A program made the translations under genes and the position numbers. Of a stretch of 64,000 nucleotides of DNA, positions 18,207-27,760 are shown in pieces. Positions within the stretch are counted from its first letter, which is position 1. The number at the start of each line of letters is the position of its first letter. Location of the stretch: positions 1-64,000 of the IMG/VR virus record IMGVR_UViG_3300030104_005063. One strand, written 5' to 3'. The notes under the pieces were generated by a model. That model was not told where the DNA came from. It saw nothing but the letters and a program-made list of their open reading frames with translations, and made no database searches. The DNA comes from a virus.

Positions 18207-18257
18207 GGGTGAGCTGGTTTCCTCCTTTTTCCGGCTCACCCAAATTTTTAGGAGAAA
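18207..18257 (+). promoter_or_regulatory. GC-rich hairpin with anti-SD loop in the ssb-recA intergenic region (terminator and/or translational control)
   Basis: GGGTGAGCTGG (18207-17) pairs with CCGGCTCACCC (18231-41); the loop TTTCCTCCTTTTT is complementary to AGGAGAAA (18250-57). Confidence 0.6.
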
Positions 18258-18260
18258 CAA

Positions 18261-19358
18261 ATGTCTAATAGAGATGAATTAGCGGATATAATTGCGGGTG
18301 AACTAAACAAACAATTCAAATCAAATCAAGTTGCTTATTTCTTGGATGGTGTTCAAGAAACTCCAACTGATGTTACTGATTGGGTTGGTACAGGTTCAAC
18401 CTTGTTAGATTTGGCAATATCAAACAGACCACACGGTGGTTTAGCTGCTGGTAGGATTACAGAAATCAATGGATTAGAGGGAAGTGGTAAATCACTTATC
18501 GGTGCTCACGCTCTTGCTTCTACCCAAAGAAAAGATGGTCTGGCAGTATACATTGATACTGAATCTGCTGTTTCAAGTGAGTTCTTACAGGCTATTGGTG
18601 TGAATACTGATAGTATGTTATATGTTCACTTAGAAACAATCGAGGATATATTTGATACAATCGAAACAATAGTTACAAAAATTCGTGAATCAAGTAAAGA
18701 TAAATTGGTTACAATATTAGTCGATAGTTTGGCTGCTGCTTCTACTAAAGTAGAGATGGATGCTGACTTTGACAAAGATGGTTGGGCTACAAGTAAAGCC
18801 ATCGTTCTGTCTAAAGCTATGAGAAAGATTACACAAATGATTGCTAGACAAAAAGTTTGTTTAATCTTTACCAATCAGTTAAGACAAAAATTAGGTGTGA
18901 TGTTTGGAGATCCTTGGACTACTTCTGGTGGTAAGGCTCTTCCTTTTCATGCATCAACTCGTATTCGGTTAAAGAATATGGGACAAATCAAAGATACCAA
19001 AAAAGATACTATTGGTATCAAGATAAGAGCTCAAGTAATCAAGAACCGATTAGGTCCACCTTTGAGAAGTGCTGAGTTTCCACTTTTCTTTGATAAAGGT
19101 ATTGATGATTATGGGAGTTGGTTAACTGTAATGAAAGACCACAAGTTGGTAAAACAAGCTGGTGCTTGGTATACTTTCGTTGACCAAAATGGAGAAGAAC
19201 ACAAGTTCCAATCCAAAGACTTCGGTGCTCTTATATCCGATGTAGAAACTCAAAAATACATCTATGACTCTATCTGTGAAAAACTAATACTAAAGTATGA
19301 CTCTGCTCAACTTGGTATTGACGATGTAACTACAGAACAAGAGTTTGTTGATGAGTAG
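18261..19358 (+). CDS. recA: RecA/UvsX recombinase
   Basis: GRITEINGLEGSGKS Walker A, YIDTE, VDSLAA, FTNQLR and TTSGGKALPFHAS motifs. Confidence 0.95.
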   Translation: MSNRDELADIIAGELNKQFKSNQVAYFLDGVQETPTDVTDWVGTGSTLLDLAISNRPHGGLAAGRITEINGLEGSGKSLIGAHALASTQRKDGLAVYIDTESAVSSEFLQAIGVNTDSMLYVHLETIEDIFDTIETIVTKIRESSKDKLVTILVDSLAAASTKVEMDADFDKDGWATSKAIVLSKAMRKITQMIARQKVCLIFTNQLRQKLGVMFGDPWTTSGGKALPFHASTRIRLKNMGQIKDTKKDTIGIKIRAQVIKNRLGPPLRSAEFPLFFDKGIDDYGSWLTVMKDHKLVKQAGAWYTFVDQNGEEHKFQSKDFGALISDVETQKYIYDSICEKLILKYDSAQLGIDDVTTEQEFVDE

Positions 19359-20409
19359 TGCCAACAAGAATCTATTAAATAAAAGATTCTATGAGTTTAA
19401 GGATGAGATTGATGTAAATCCTGAAACTAAAAACTTAAACGACCATGTTCTATTGGTCGATGGTTTCAATACATTTATTCGTAGTTTCAGTGTCAATCCA
19501 TCCTTAAATGAAGATGGTGCTCATGTTGGTGGTTTGGTAGGGTTTTTAAAATCGATAAGATATACAATTAACAAGTTTAAACCAACTCGTTGTATTATTG
19601 TATTTGACGGTAAGAACTCCTCCAAACCACGACAAAAGATATATCCCCAATATAAAGCAGGTCGTAAAATTAGAAGTCGTTTGAATCGTCTTGTTGATTG
19701 GGGTGGAGGTCCTCATGATGAACGAGAAAGTATGGCTCTCCAACTTAAGAGACTTGTTGAGTATTTGGAATGTCTTCCACTAACGATTGTATCAATAGAC
19801 AACTTAGAGGCTGATGATATAATGAGTTATATCCCAAGTGTTGTTCTTAAAGATAGTAAGTTTACAATTATGTCAGCTGATAAAGACTTCTATCAGTTGG
19901 TAGATGATAGAGTGAAACTTTATTCACCTACTAAAAAAATACTCTATGATAGAGAATTAGTAAAAAAAGAGTTTGGAGTTTACCCACAAAATGTGTTAAC
20001 TTGTAGAGTGGTAGATGGAGATAAATCAGACGATATACCTGGTGTAAGAGGCATAGGTGTTAAAACCTTAATAAAAGAGTTTCCACTTTTAGTAGAGGAT
20101 AGAGAGTTTAATACCAAAGACCTTATAGACATGGCAAAATCACGAAACACAAGAATATCAAAGATGATACAGGATAATGAGTTGATAATAAAGAGGAACT
20201 ATCTTCTTATGCAGTTAGGAGATCCTGATATCAAAAATCAGACAAAACTAAAAATCGGAGATTCGGTCAGAGGAATGGCGCCAAAATTAGTAAAATATCA
20301 GTTGCAAACTTTGTTCGTAAAGGATAAATTATGGGGACAAATACCTAATTTTGACAACTGGTTAACAGAGTTTAATATCCTTGACCACTATTGGAAGAAC
20401 AAAAAATGA
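19351..20409 (+). CDS. 5'-3' exonuclease / flap endonuclease (Pol I N-terminal / T4 RNase H-like)
   Basis: LLVDGFN, VFDG, YKAGR, EADD, SADKDFYQL and GDKSDDIPGVRGIG.KT motifs. Confidence 0.92.
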   Translation: MSSANKNLLNKRFYEFKDEIDVNPETKNLNDHVLLVDGFNTFIRSFSVNPSLNEDGAHVGGLVGFLKSIRYTINKFKPTRCIIVFDGKNSSKPRQKIYPQYKAGRKIRSRLNRLVDWGGGPHDERESMALQLKRLVEYLECLPLTIVSIDNLEADDIMSYIPSVVLKDSKFTIMSADKDFYQLVDDRVKLYSPTKKILYDRELVKKEFGVYPQNVLTCRVVDGDKSDDIPGVRGIGVKTLIKEFPLLVEDREFNTKDLIDMAKSRNTRISKMIQDNELIIKRNYLLMQLGDPDIKNQTKLKIGDSVRGMAPKLVKYQLQTLFVKDKLWGQIPNFDNWLTEFNILDHYWKNKK

Positions 20410-21767
20410 GTAAGACAAAAAATATATCAGAGTTTGGATATAATTTTCAAGTAAAGTTTGTCGTATGTTTAATTAGTGATAAACTTTTTTTAGAGCAAAT
20501 TGTAGACATCTTAGATGAAAAGTATATAACTAATGATGGTTTCAAGTGGATTGTAAAAGCTATTCGTGAGTATTATCAAGAATACAAAACAAACATCACG
20601 ATGGAAGTATTTAAGATAAAGATACAAGAGATTGATTCAGATTTACTACAAGTAAATGTAAAGGACTCTTTGAAAGAAGTCTACAAACATATGGAAGCCG
20701 AAGACTTGGAATATATCAAAGATAAGGCATTAGACTTCCACAAAACACAAGTTTTAAAAGATGCTGTTATTCAATCTGCTAAGATATTAGAGGTTGATGG
20801 TAATACTGATGAAATAAAATCCCTTATCGACTCTGCTATGCAAGCTGGTGTTGAGAGAAACTTAGGACACGACTACTTACAAGATATAGAACAAAGATAT
20901 GAGGAGTCTGCTCGTGTAACATCACCAACACCTTGGGATATTATGAACGAACTGATGCAAGGTGGTTTGGGTGGTGGAGAACTTGGTGTTGTTGTGGCAC
21001 CTGCTGGTATTGGTAAGTCTTGGGTGTTAAGTGCTATGGGTGCTTATGCTTTATCACAAGGACTAAATGTAGTTCATTATACTTTGGAGTTAAACGAGGC
21101 CTATGTCGGATTAAGATATGATAGTATCTTTAGTGGTGTGGAAAGTCAGAATCTAAAATATCACAAAGAAGAAGTGATGGAAAAACTGTTCAACCTAAAA
21201 GGTAACTTGACTATTAAATACTATCCAACCAAATCTTGTACTGTTAATACACTTTCTGCTCATCTGAAAAAAGTGGTTACATTTGGTCAAAAAGTTGATA
21301 TGGTTTTAGTAGATTATGCTGATATTATGAGAGATGTTCATAAGTCAAGTGAGATGAGACATGCTCTTGGAAATATTTACGAAGACTTACGAGGTTTGGC
21401 TGGTGAGTTACAAGTTCCAATATGGACAGCAAGTCAGGCAAACAGAAGTGCTTTAGATGAAGATGTGATTGAGGCCACTAAAGTAGCTGAATCTTATGCA
21501 AAAGTAATGACAGCAGATTTCGTAATGTCGTTAAGTCGTAAGATAGAAGATAAGATAGGTAATACTGGTCGTTTTCATGTGATAAAGAACAGATTTGGTC
21601 CTGATGGATTAACTTATCCAGCTCGTATTAATACAAACATCGGTAAGATAGAGATTTTTGAAAGTAGTTCTGTTCAAGGTAAGGATGTTCAGCATAAAAT
21701 CAATAATAGAGACAACCAAACCAAACAAATGTTGTCTGCTCGTTATGAGGATTTGATGAGTGAATAG
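20406..21767 (+). CDS. Replicative DnaB-like helicase (gp41-like)
   Basis: APAGIGKS Walker A, TLEL, VDYADI, WTASQANR, ESYAK and KNRFG motifs. Confidence 0.92.
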   Translation: MSKTKNISEFGYNFQVKFVVCLISDKLFLEQIVDILDEKYITNDGFKWIVKAIREYYQEYKTNITMEVFKIKIQEIDSDLLQVNVKDSLKEVYKHMEAEDLEYIKDKALDFHKTQVLKDAVIQSAKILEVDGNTDEIKSLIDSAMQAGVERNLGHDYLQDIEQRYEESARVTSPTPWDIMNELMQGGLGGGELGVVVAPAGIGKSWVLSAMGAYALSQGLNVVHYTLELNEAYVGLRYDSIFSGVESQNLKYHKEEVMEKLFNLKGNLTIKYYPTKSCTVNTLSAHLKKVVTFGQKVDMVLVDYADIMRDVHKSSEMRHALGNIYEDLRGLAGELQVPIWTASQANRSALDEDVIEATKVAESYAKVMTADFVMSLSRKIEDKIGNTGRFHVIKNRFGPDGLTYPARINTNIGKIEIFESSSVQGKDVQHKINNRDNQTKQMLSARYEDLMSE

Positions 21768-22824
21768 TAATTCTGATATATTAACAAGTGTTTTTGGATA
21801 TGATGAGAGGGATGTTGAGTTTGAGAGAATTGTAAACCATCTTGAGGTTTATGATATAGAGCACGGCATAGAAGTTATCTTTGATTACTACAGAAGACAT
21901 GGTTTTCCACATTATACAATTCGTGAAGATGAAAAACATGACCATATGAGAAAATTACAAAAATTTGATACAGACACCATCTTCATTGACAATCAAATAA
22001 TACAAACTATGCATGCTTTGCGTATGGCATGGACTTACTTTCCACATTTTTGGGAAATTAAGTGTGGTAATGCTAAAAGAACACCTATGGAAACATTTTT
22101 AGATGATGATAAGTTTAAATCGGTCATTAGAAAATGTTGGAATTGGTGTTTGAAACATGAAGATGGGGATAAAAGTATTTTTCATGAAAATAGACTAAGA
22201 CAATCCCTAAAAATCTATACCGGTACACAAGCCGTCAGTAACTTTAGACCAACTGCTGCTAAACTAATATACGAGAAGTTTGGTGGTGATGTAATTTGGG
22301 ATATGTCTTGTGGATGGGGTGGAAGACTAATAGGTTTTCTGGCAAGCTCACGAAAAAAGTATATTGGGACAGAACCATCGAGTTTGACATTCGAGGGACT
22401 ACAAAAAATAAAAAAAGATTTTTTTTACTTGAAAAAGTCAGTAGAATTATATAGATTAGGCAGTGAAGAGTTTATACCAGATAGAAACTCTTTGGATTTA
22501 TGTTTTACATCGCCTCCTTATTTTGATACGGAAAAGTATAGTGACGAAGACACACAAAGTTACATAAAGTTTCCGACAAAAGAAGAGTGGGTGAATGGTT
22601 TTTTAAGAAAAACAATAGAGAACTGTTACAGAGGTTTAAAAGATGGCAAATATATGTTAATTAATATTGCTAACACACCGAAGTATAAGTTCATAGAGGA
22701 AGAGACTCAGAGGATAGCAAAGGAACTTGGGTTTGTTCAAAATGATACACTACAACTAACATTATCAAGTGTGATGGGTGCGGGATATAAATATGAACCA
22801 ATTTTTGTATTTAAAAAGAATTAA
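21760..22824 (+). CDS. Amino-DNA methyltransferase (N4-C or N6-A)
   Basis: SAM-binding DMSCGWGG followed by catalytic TSPPY; no cognate restriction gene adjacent. Confidence 0.8.
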   Translation: MNSNSDILTSVFGYDERDVEFERIVNHLEVYDIEHGIEVIFDYYRRHGFPHYTIREDEKHDHMRKLQKFDTDTIFIDNQIIQTMHALRMAWTYFPHFWEIKCGNAKRTPMETFLDDDKFKSVIRKCWNWCLKHEDGDKSIFHENRLRQSLKIYTGTQAVSNFRPTAAKLIYEKFGGDVIWDMSCGWGGRLIGFLASSRKKYIGTEPSSLTFEGLQKIKKDFFYLKKSVELYRLGSEEFIPDRNSLDLCFTSPPYFDTEKYSDEDTQSYIKFPTKEEWVNGFLRKTIENCYRGLKDGKYMLINIANTPKYKFIEEETQRIAKELGFVQNDTLQLTLSSVMGAGYKYEPIFVFKKN

Positions 22825-22837
22825 GAGATGATTGTTA

Positions 22838-22845
22838 ATATTTAT
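22838..22845 (+). promoter_or_regulatory. ATATTTAT motif upstream of nrdJ
   Basis: Recurrent intergenic octamer. Confidence 0.5.
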
Positions 22846-22884
22846 GAATGTGTCCACACAAAAAAGTTAACATAGGGAAAGTTT

Positions 22885-24897
22885 ATGATTAAAAAGTTTG
22901 TTCTATCGGAGAATTTCATCAACAAGTATAAAAGAAGAAAAGCTCCTTTCGGTTTTAATGGATTAGGTGAATTAGTTTACATGAGAACCTATTCAAGAAT
23001 CAAAGAAAATGGTAAAAATGAAAGATGGTGGGAAACCGTACAGCGTGTTGTAGAGGGAACTTACAATATGCAAATGAATTGGATTGAATCACATCAATTA
23101 GGGTGGAATGCGTGGCAAGCTCAAAAGTCGGCTCAAGATATGTATGACCGAATTTTCAACATGAAGTTCTTGCCTCCTGGACGCGGTCTGTGGGCTATGG
23201 GTACACCTATCACAGAGAAAAAGGGTTTATATGCCGCCCTAAACAATTGTGCTTTCGTATCAACAAAAACACTCAAAGAAGATTATGCTAAACCTTTCTG
23301 TTTCCTTATGGATGCAAGTATGTTGGGTGTTGGAGTTGGATTTGATACGAAAGGTGCTGGAGAGATAGTAATAAAAGGTATAGATGAAAAAAGAGACGAA
23401 CAAGTCTATGAAATACCTGATACGCGTGAAGGTTGGGTTGAGTCGTTAAAATTACTATTGGAAAGTTACTTTCATGGTCAAGCACCGATGGAATTTGACT
23501 ATAGAAAGATAAGACCAGCAGGAGAACCTATAGCTGGTTTCGGTGGTGTATCAAGTGGGCATGAACCTTTAGAAGAAGTACACGAAGATATTAGAAAGGT
23601 ATTAGAAAAAAATAGTGGAGAACCAATCACTATCACGACCATCGTAGACATCATGAACTTAATTGGTAAATGCGTCGTAGCTGGTAATGTAAGAAGAACC
23701 GCAGAGATTGTATTTGGAGATTCCCATTCAGAAGAGTATTTAGATTTAAAAAATTATAAAGTAAACCCACACAGAGAAACTTATGGATGGACAAGTAATA
23801 ATAGTATATTTGCAGAATTGGGTATGGATTATACAGAGGCTGCCAAACGAATCGTGGATAATGGTGAGCCTGGATTTGCGTGGTTGGATAATATGAGAAA
23901 ATATTCTCGTATGAAAAATGGTGGAGATAATAAAGACCATAGAGCTATGGGTGGTAACCCTTGTTTAGAACAAACTCTTGAGTCATATGAGTTGTGTTGT
24001 TTAGTAGAAACATTTCCAAACAATCACGATTCATTTGAAGATTATGCTAAAACCCTTAAATATGCTTATCTATATGCCAAAACAGTAACACTTGGTAGAA
24101 CACATTGGAGTGATACAAACAGAGTTATGTTAAGAAACAGAAGAATTGGATGTAGTGTAAGTGGAGTTGCTCAGTTTGTTACCAATAGAGGATTAGATGA
24201 GTTCAAGGAATGGTTAAATAATGGCTACGATGTCATCCAAAAATGGGATAAACAATATTCAGATTGGATGGCAGTTCCAAGAAGTATCAAAACCACTTCA
24301 GTTAAACCAAGTGGAACTGTATCTTTACTTGCTGGTGCTACACCAGGTCTTCACTATCCTGAATCAAGATTTTATATAAGAAGAATTAGGTTATCAAAAC
24401 ACTCAGAATTAATAGAACCATTAGAAAAAGCTGGATATAAATTAGAACCAGCATTTGGTTCTGAAGACACTACTATGGTTGTCGATGTGCCCGTAGATGT
24501 AGGGGAAGGTATCAGAACTGCTTCTGAACTATCCATATGGGAACAATTCTCGTTAGCTGCGTTTTTACAACGACATTGGGCTGACAACCAAGTAAGTTGT
24601 ACGGTTACATTCAATCCTGAAACAGAGGCAAATCAGATTGCTCCTTGTTTAAACTATTATCAGTATCATCTAAAGGGTATTAGTTTATTACCAAGACATG
24701 ATTGGGGAGCATATCCACAAATGCCATATGAAGCGATTGATGAAGAAACTTACAACAAAGAAGTTGCAAAACTTGGTAAGTTATCATTTGGTGTGATAAA
24801 GAACGAAGAGGCTGATGTCGATAAGTTCTGTAACAACGATAGTTGTGAAATTCCACCTATGCATGGTGACAATGACGACCAAGAGTATGCTAACTAA
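22885..24897 (+). CDS. nrdJ: Class II (adenosylcobalamin-dependent) ribonucleotide reductase
   Basis: YMRTYSR, FLPPGRGLW, LNNCAF, VAGNVRRTAE, GNPCLEQ.L...ELCCL and TSVKPSGT motifs, plus a C-terminal C..DSC shuttle pair. Confidence 0.92.
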   Translation: MIKKFVLSENFINKYKRRKAPFGFNGLGELVYMRTYSRIKENGKNERWWETVQRVVEGTYNMQMNWIESHQLGWNAWQAQKSAQDMYDRIFNMKFLPPGRGLWAMGTPITEKKGLYAALNNCAFVSTKTLKEDYAKPFCFLMDASMLGVGVGFDTKGAGEIVIKGIDEKRDEQVYEIPDTREGWVESLKLLLESYFHGQAPMEFDYRKIRPAGEPIAGFGGVSSGHEPLEEVHEDIRKVLEKNSGEPITITTIVDIMNLIGKCVVAGNVRRTAEIVFGDSHSEEYLDLKNYKVNPHRETYGWTSNNSIFAELGMDYTEAAKRIVDNGEPGFAWLDNMRKYSRMKNGGDNKDHRAMGGNPCLEQTLESYELCCLVETFPNNHDSFEDYAKTLKYAYLYAKTVTLGRTHWSDTNRVMLRNRRIGCSVSGVAQFVTNRGLDEFKEWLNNGYDVIQKWDKQYSDWMAVPRSIKTTSVKPSGTVSLLAGATPGLHYPESRFYIRRIRLSKHSELIEPLEKAGYKLEPAFGSEDTTMVVDVPVDVGEGIRTASELSIWEQFSLAAFLQRHWADNQVSCTVTFNPETEANQIAPCLNYYQYHLKGISLLPRHDWGAYPQMPYEAIDEETYNKEVAKLGKLSFGVIKNEEADVDKFCNNDSCEIPPMHGDNDDQEYAN

Positions 24898-24907
24898 TGA
24901 AATGCGG

Positions 24908-24968
24908 ACAGGCAGACGACACACCTGTGAATAAAAATGTGTCTTAACAATAACAAAGCTAGGAGACA
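24908..24968 (+). ncRNA. Candidate cis-regulatory H-type pseudoknot (riboswitch-like) in the TonB receptor leader
   Basis: P1 ACAGG/CCTGT, P2 GACACA/TGTGTC, A-rich loop 3; alternative TGTCTT/GAGACA helix over the SD. Confidence 0.5.
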
Positions 24969-24972
24969 GATT

Positions 24973-27705
24973 ATGAATTATCGTAATCTCATCTCTGTTC
25001 TGATGATGTCAGTTGGTCTTGTCTTTGGACAAGCTGTTACTGGTTTTGTTGGAAACGGAGAAGAACCACTTGTTGGAGCAAATCTTGTGGTTGAAGGAAC
25101 TGAGCTTGGTGGCGTAACTGATTCCGAAGGAAAGTTCGTCATCGAAACAGGTACAGGTACTTTCGACTTAACTGCTTCATACATCGGTTATGTATCCCAA
25201 ACCAAAAGTGTAAGGGTTGGGGACATAGTTGGGAGTGTTAGTTTCGACTTAGAAACTGATGTTGTTGCTCTCACAGCACTTGAAGTTTTGGCTTCTCGTG
25301 CCGATGAAACAACACCCGTAGCCTACACTAATGTTAGTAAAGAGGAAATGGAAGTTCGTCTTGGTTCTCAAGACATTCCAATGATTCTTAACACAACACC
25401 AAGTGTATATGCTACTCAACAAGGTGGCGGTGCGGGAGATGCCCGTATCAATGTTCGTGGATTCAATCAGAGAAATGTTGCTGTCATGATAAACGGTGTT
25501 CCCCAAAATGATATGGAGAACGGATGGGTTTATTGGTCTAATTGGGATGGGGTAGGTGATGCTACTTCCTCAATTCAGATGCAAAGAGGTCTATCAGCCG
25601 TCAATCTAGCAACACCATCTATTGGTGGAACTATGAACATTATCACCGATCCTGCTGCCCAAGAAAAGGGTGGAAAGTTCAAACAGGAAGTCGGTGAGGG
25701 TGGATTTCTAAAATCTACCTTGAATTATAACTCAGGTCTAATCAATGATAAACTGGCAGTAAGTGGAACGATTGTTCGTAAAACCGGTGATGGTTTTATA
25801 GACGGAACATGGACAGACGCTTGGGCTTATTATCTTGGTACATCTTATGCTGTATCAGACAAACAGAGGTTTGAGTTATACGCAATAGGTGCACCACAAA
25901 GACATGGTCAGAACCTATACAAACAGAACATAGCAACCTACTCTCAAGAGTTGGCTGGAAGTATCGATGGATATAATGATTCAGCTTATGTTGAAGGGGA
26001 GAAGTTTGAACATGAAGCTGGTAGGTTCTTCAACCAAAATTGGGCTCCAGTATCTTCGGATTACAAAGGACAACAATATTGGTATATGTATGGCGCCAGA
26101 ACAACAGATAGGTACAATCCTAATCTGTTGAATGAAAGAGAAAACTTCTTTCATAAACCACTTGTAAATCTAAACCATTTTTATGATATCAATGATGAGA
26201 TGAGATTATCTTCGGTATTATATTGGAGTGGTGGTTCTGGTGGTGGTACTGGTACTTATGGAAGTGTCAGTAGAAAACCAGCTATTGAAGGAAACCAATG
26301 GTGGGCTAGTTCACCTTGGATGTGGGATTGGGATGCTGAGATTGAACAGAACTCTGCTAATGTAGACTCTGCTTGGTCTGATACAGAAAATCGTTCCACA
26401 GGTATCCTAAGAAACTCAATCAATAGACAGAATACTTATGGTTTGATTTCTAAATTAAACTATGATGTATCAGATGAACTTGAAGTTCAAGTTGGTATTG
26501 ATTGGAGAACTGCTGGTATTGAACATGCTAGAGAAGTTCGTGACTTACTTGGTGGAGATTACTATGTAGACTTTGCTGATGACAATTTTGCTGATGGTAA
26601 GAAAGTTGGGTTAGGTGATATAATTGCTTATCACAACGAAACCACAGTAGATTGGTTTGGTGCTTTCTTACAAGGTCAATACGATACAGAGAAGATTAAT
26701 CTTTATGGTATGGGTGGTATTTCAACCATCGAGTATACTTACAAAGACTTTTTCTCTGTTGAGAAAGAACTTGTAGAAGCTCCATCTATTACAACCTTTC
26801 AAGTAAAAGGTGGTGGTAGATATAATCTTGACGACAGACTTTCGGCATTTGCTAATGTCGGATATGTTCAGAAACCACCAATTCTTGATAATGTAATTGA
26901 CTATGATGGAAATGTATCTACAAATCCAGACAATGAGAAATTTACATCTTTTGAAATCGGTGGTGAGTATGGAAGTGAGTTAGTTGCTATCAAAGGTAGT
27001 TATTACAACACCCAATGGAAAGATAGGAACTTAACTAAATCTGTAACCACAGGTCAAGGTGACTCAGGTGACACAGACATCATTTATTTAACAGGTGTGA
27101 ATCAATCACATTCTGGTGTAGAGGTTGAATCTAAGATTGCTCTACACGAAATGGTGGACTTAGATGTTGCTGTTAGTATCGGTGATTGGTATTTTGATGG
27201 AGATGCGAAGGGTGATTATACTGAGATGGAATACAACGATGATAACCAAATCATTGGACAAACATCTACAGAATATCAGTATGCTTTAAGTAATCTTAAA
27301 GTTGGTGACATGCCACAAACTGCTTATGTTGGTGGATTAACATTAAAACCAATTAAAGGATTGAGTGTACAAGGACTTTACAGATGGTATGACAATCATT
27401 ATGCTGATTGGAGTCCTGATGCTCGTGAGGTTGACGAAGATGGTGCTGATAGGGCACAAGTATGGAAAACACCATCCTATGGTAAGTTAGACATACATGC
27501 TTCTTATAAGTTACCAGAAGTTGCTGGTTTAGACATGACATTAAGTGCTCATTTATTCAATGCACTTGATGATGTTTATATCCAAGATGCAACAGATAAC
27601 AGTAAGTATAATGGGTACGGTGATAAACTTCACTTGGCTCATAACGCTGAAGTATTCTTGGGAACACCAAGAAGTTTTAATTTAGGACTTTCTGTTAATT
27701 TCTAA
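24973..27705 (+). CDS. TonB-dependent outer-membrane receptor
   Basis: AGGAG SD with ATG at 24973; signal peptide, carboxypeptidase-regulatory-like N-domain (PLVGANLVVEGT..G..TD.EGKF), plug (INVRGF...VMINGVP), beta-barrel and terminal PRSFNLGLSVNF with C-terminal Phe. Confidence 0.93.
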   Translation: MNYRNLISVLMMSVGLVFGQAVTGFVGNGEEPLVGANLVVEGTELGGVTDSEGKFVIETGTGTFDLTASYIGYVSQTKSVRVGDIVGSVSFDLETDVVALTALEVLASRADETTPVAYTNVSKEEMEVRLGSQDIPMILNTTPSVYATQQGGGAGDARINVRGFNQRNVAVMINGVPQNDMENGWVYWSNWDGVGDATSSIQMQRGLSAVNLATPSIGGTMNIITDPAAQEKGGKFKQEVGEGGFLKSTLNYNSGLINDKLAVSGTIVRKTGDGFIDGTWTDAWAYYLGTSYAVSDKQRFELYAIGAPQRHGQNLYKQNIATYSQELAGSIDGYNDSAYVEGEKFEHEAGRFFNQNWAPVSSDYKGQQYWYMYGARTTDRYNPNLLNERENFFHKPLVNLNHFYDINDEMRLSSVLYWSGGSGGGTGTYGSVSRKPAIEGNQWWASSPWMWDWDAEIEQNSANVDSAWSDTENRSTGILRNSINRQNTYGLISKLNYDVSDELEVQVGIDWRTAGIEHAREVRDLLGGDYYVDFADDNFADGKKVGLGDIIAYHNETTVDWFGAFLQGQYDTEKINLYGMGGISTIEYTYKDFFSVEKELVEAPSITTFQVKGGGRYNLDDRLSAFANVGYVQKPPILDNVIDYDGNVSTNPDNEKFTSFEIGGEYGSELVAIKGSYYNTQWKDRNLTKSVTTGQGDSGDTDIIYLTGVNQSHSGVEVESKIALHEMVDLDVAVSIGDWYFDGDAKGDYTEMEYNDDNQIIGQTSTEYQYALSNLKVGDMPQTAYVGGLTLKPIKGLSVQGLYRWYDNHYADWSPDAREVDEDGADRAQVWKTPSYGKLDIHASYKLPEVAGLDMTLSAHLFNALDDVYIQDATDNSKYNGYGDKLHLAHNAEVFLGTPRSFNLGLSVNF

Positions 27706-27717
27706 AACGATAAATTT

Positions 27718-27745
27718 AGGGGGGTTGAAATATATCCCCCTTTTT
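27718..27745 (+). terminator. Rho-independent terminator
   Basis: AGGGGGG...TCCCCCT stem followed by a T tract, right after the TonB receptor stop. Confidence 0.8.
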
Positions 27746-27760
27746 ATCAAAGGTATTTAA

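Noticed and set aside
24898-24972. Canonical cobalamin riboswitch upstream of the receptor
   Set aside because: The gap is only 75 nt and lacks a recognisable B12-box or the GGGAA/GCCACTG core elements.
24937-24972. Receptor start at 24937 as in the ORF track
   Set aside because: ATG 24973 has an AGGAG SD and gives a proper signal peptide; 24937 lies inside the pseudoknot.
24895-24975. Stop-codon readthrough fusing NrdJ to the in-frame TonB receptor via the pseudoknot
   Set aside because: Three in-frame stops intervene (TAA 24895, TGA 24898, TGA 24928), and the receptor has its own SD and signal peptide.
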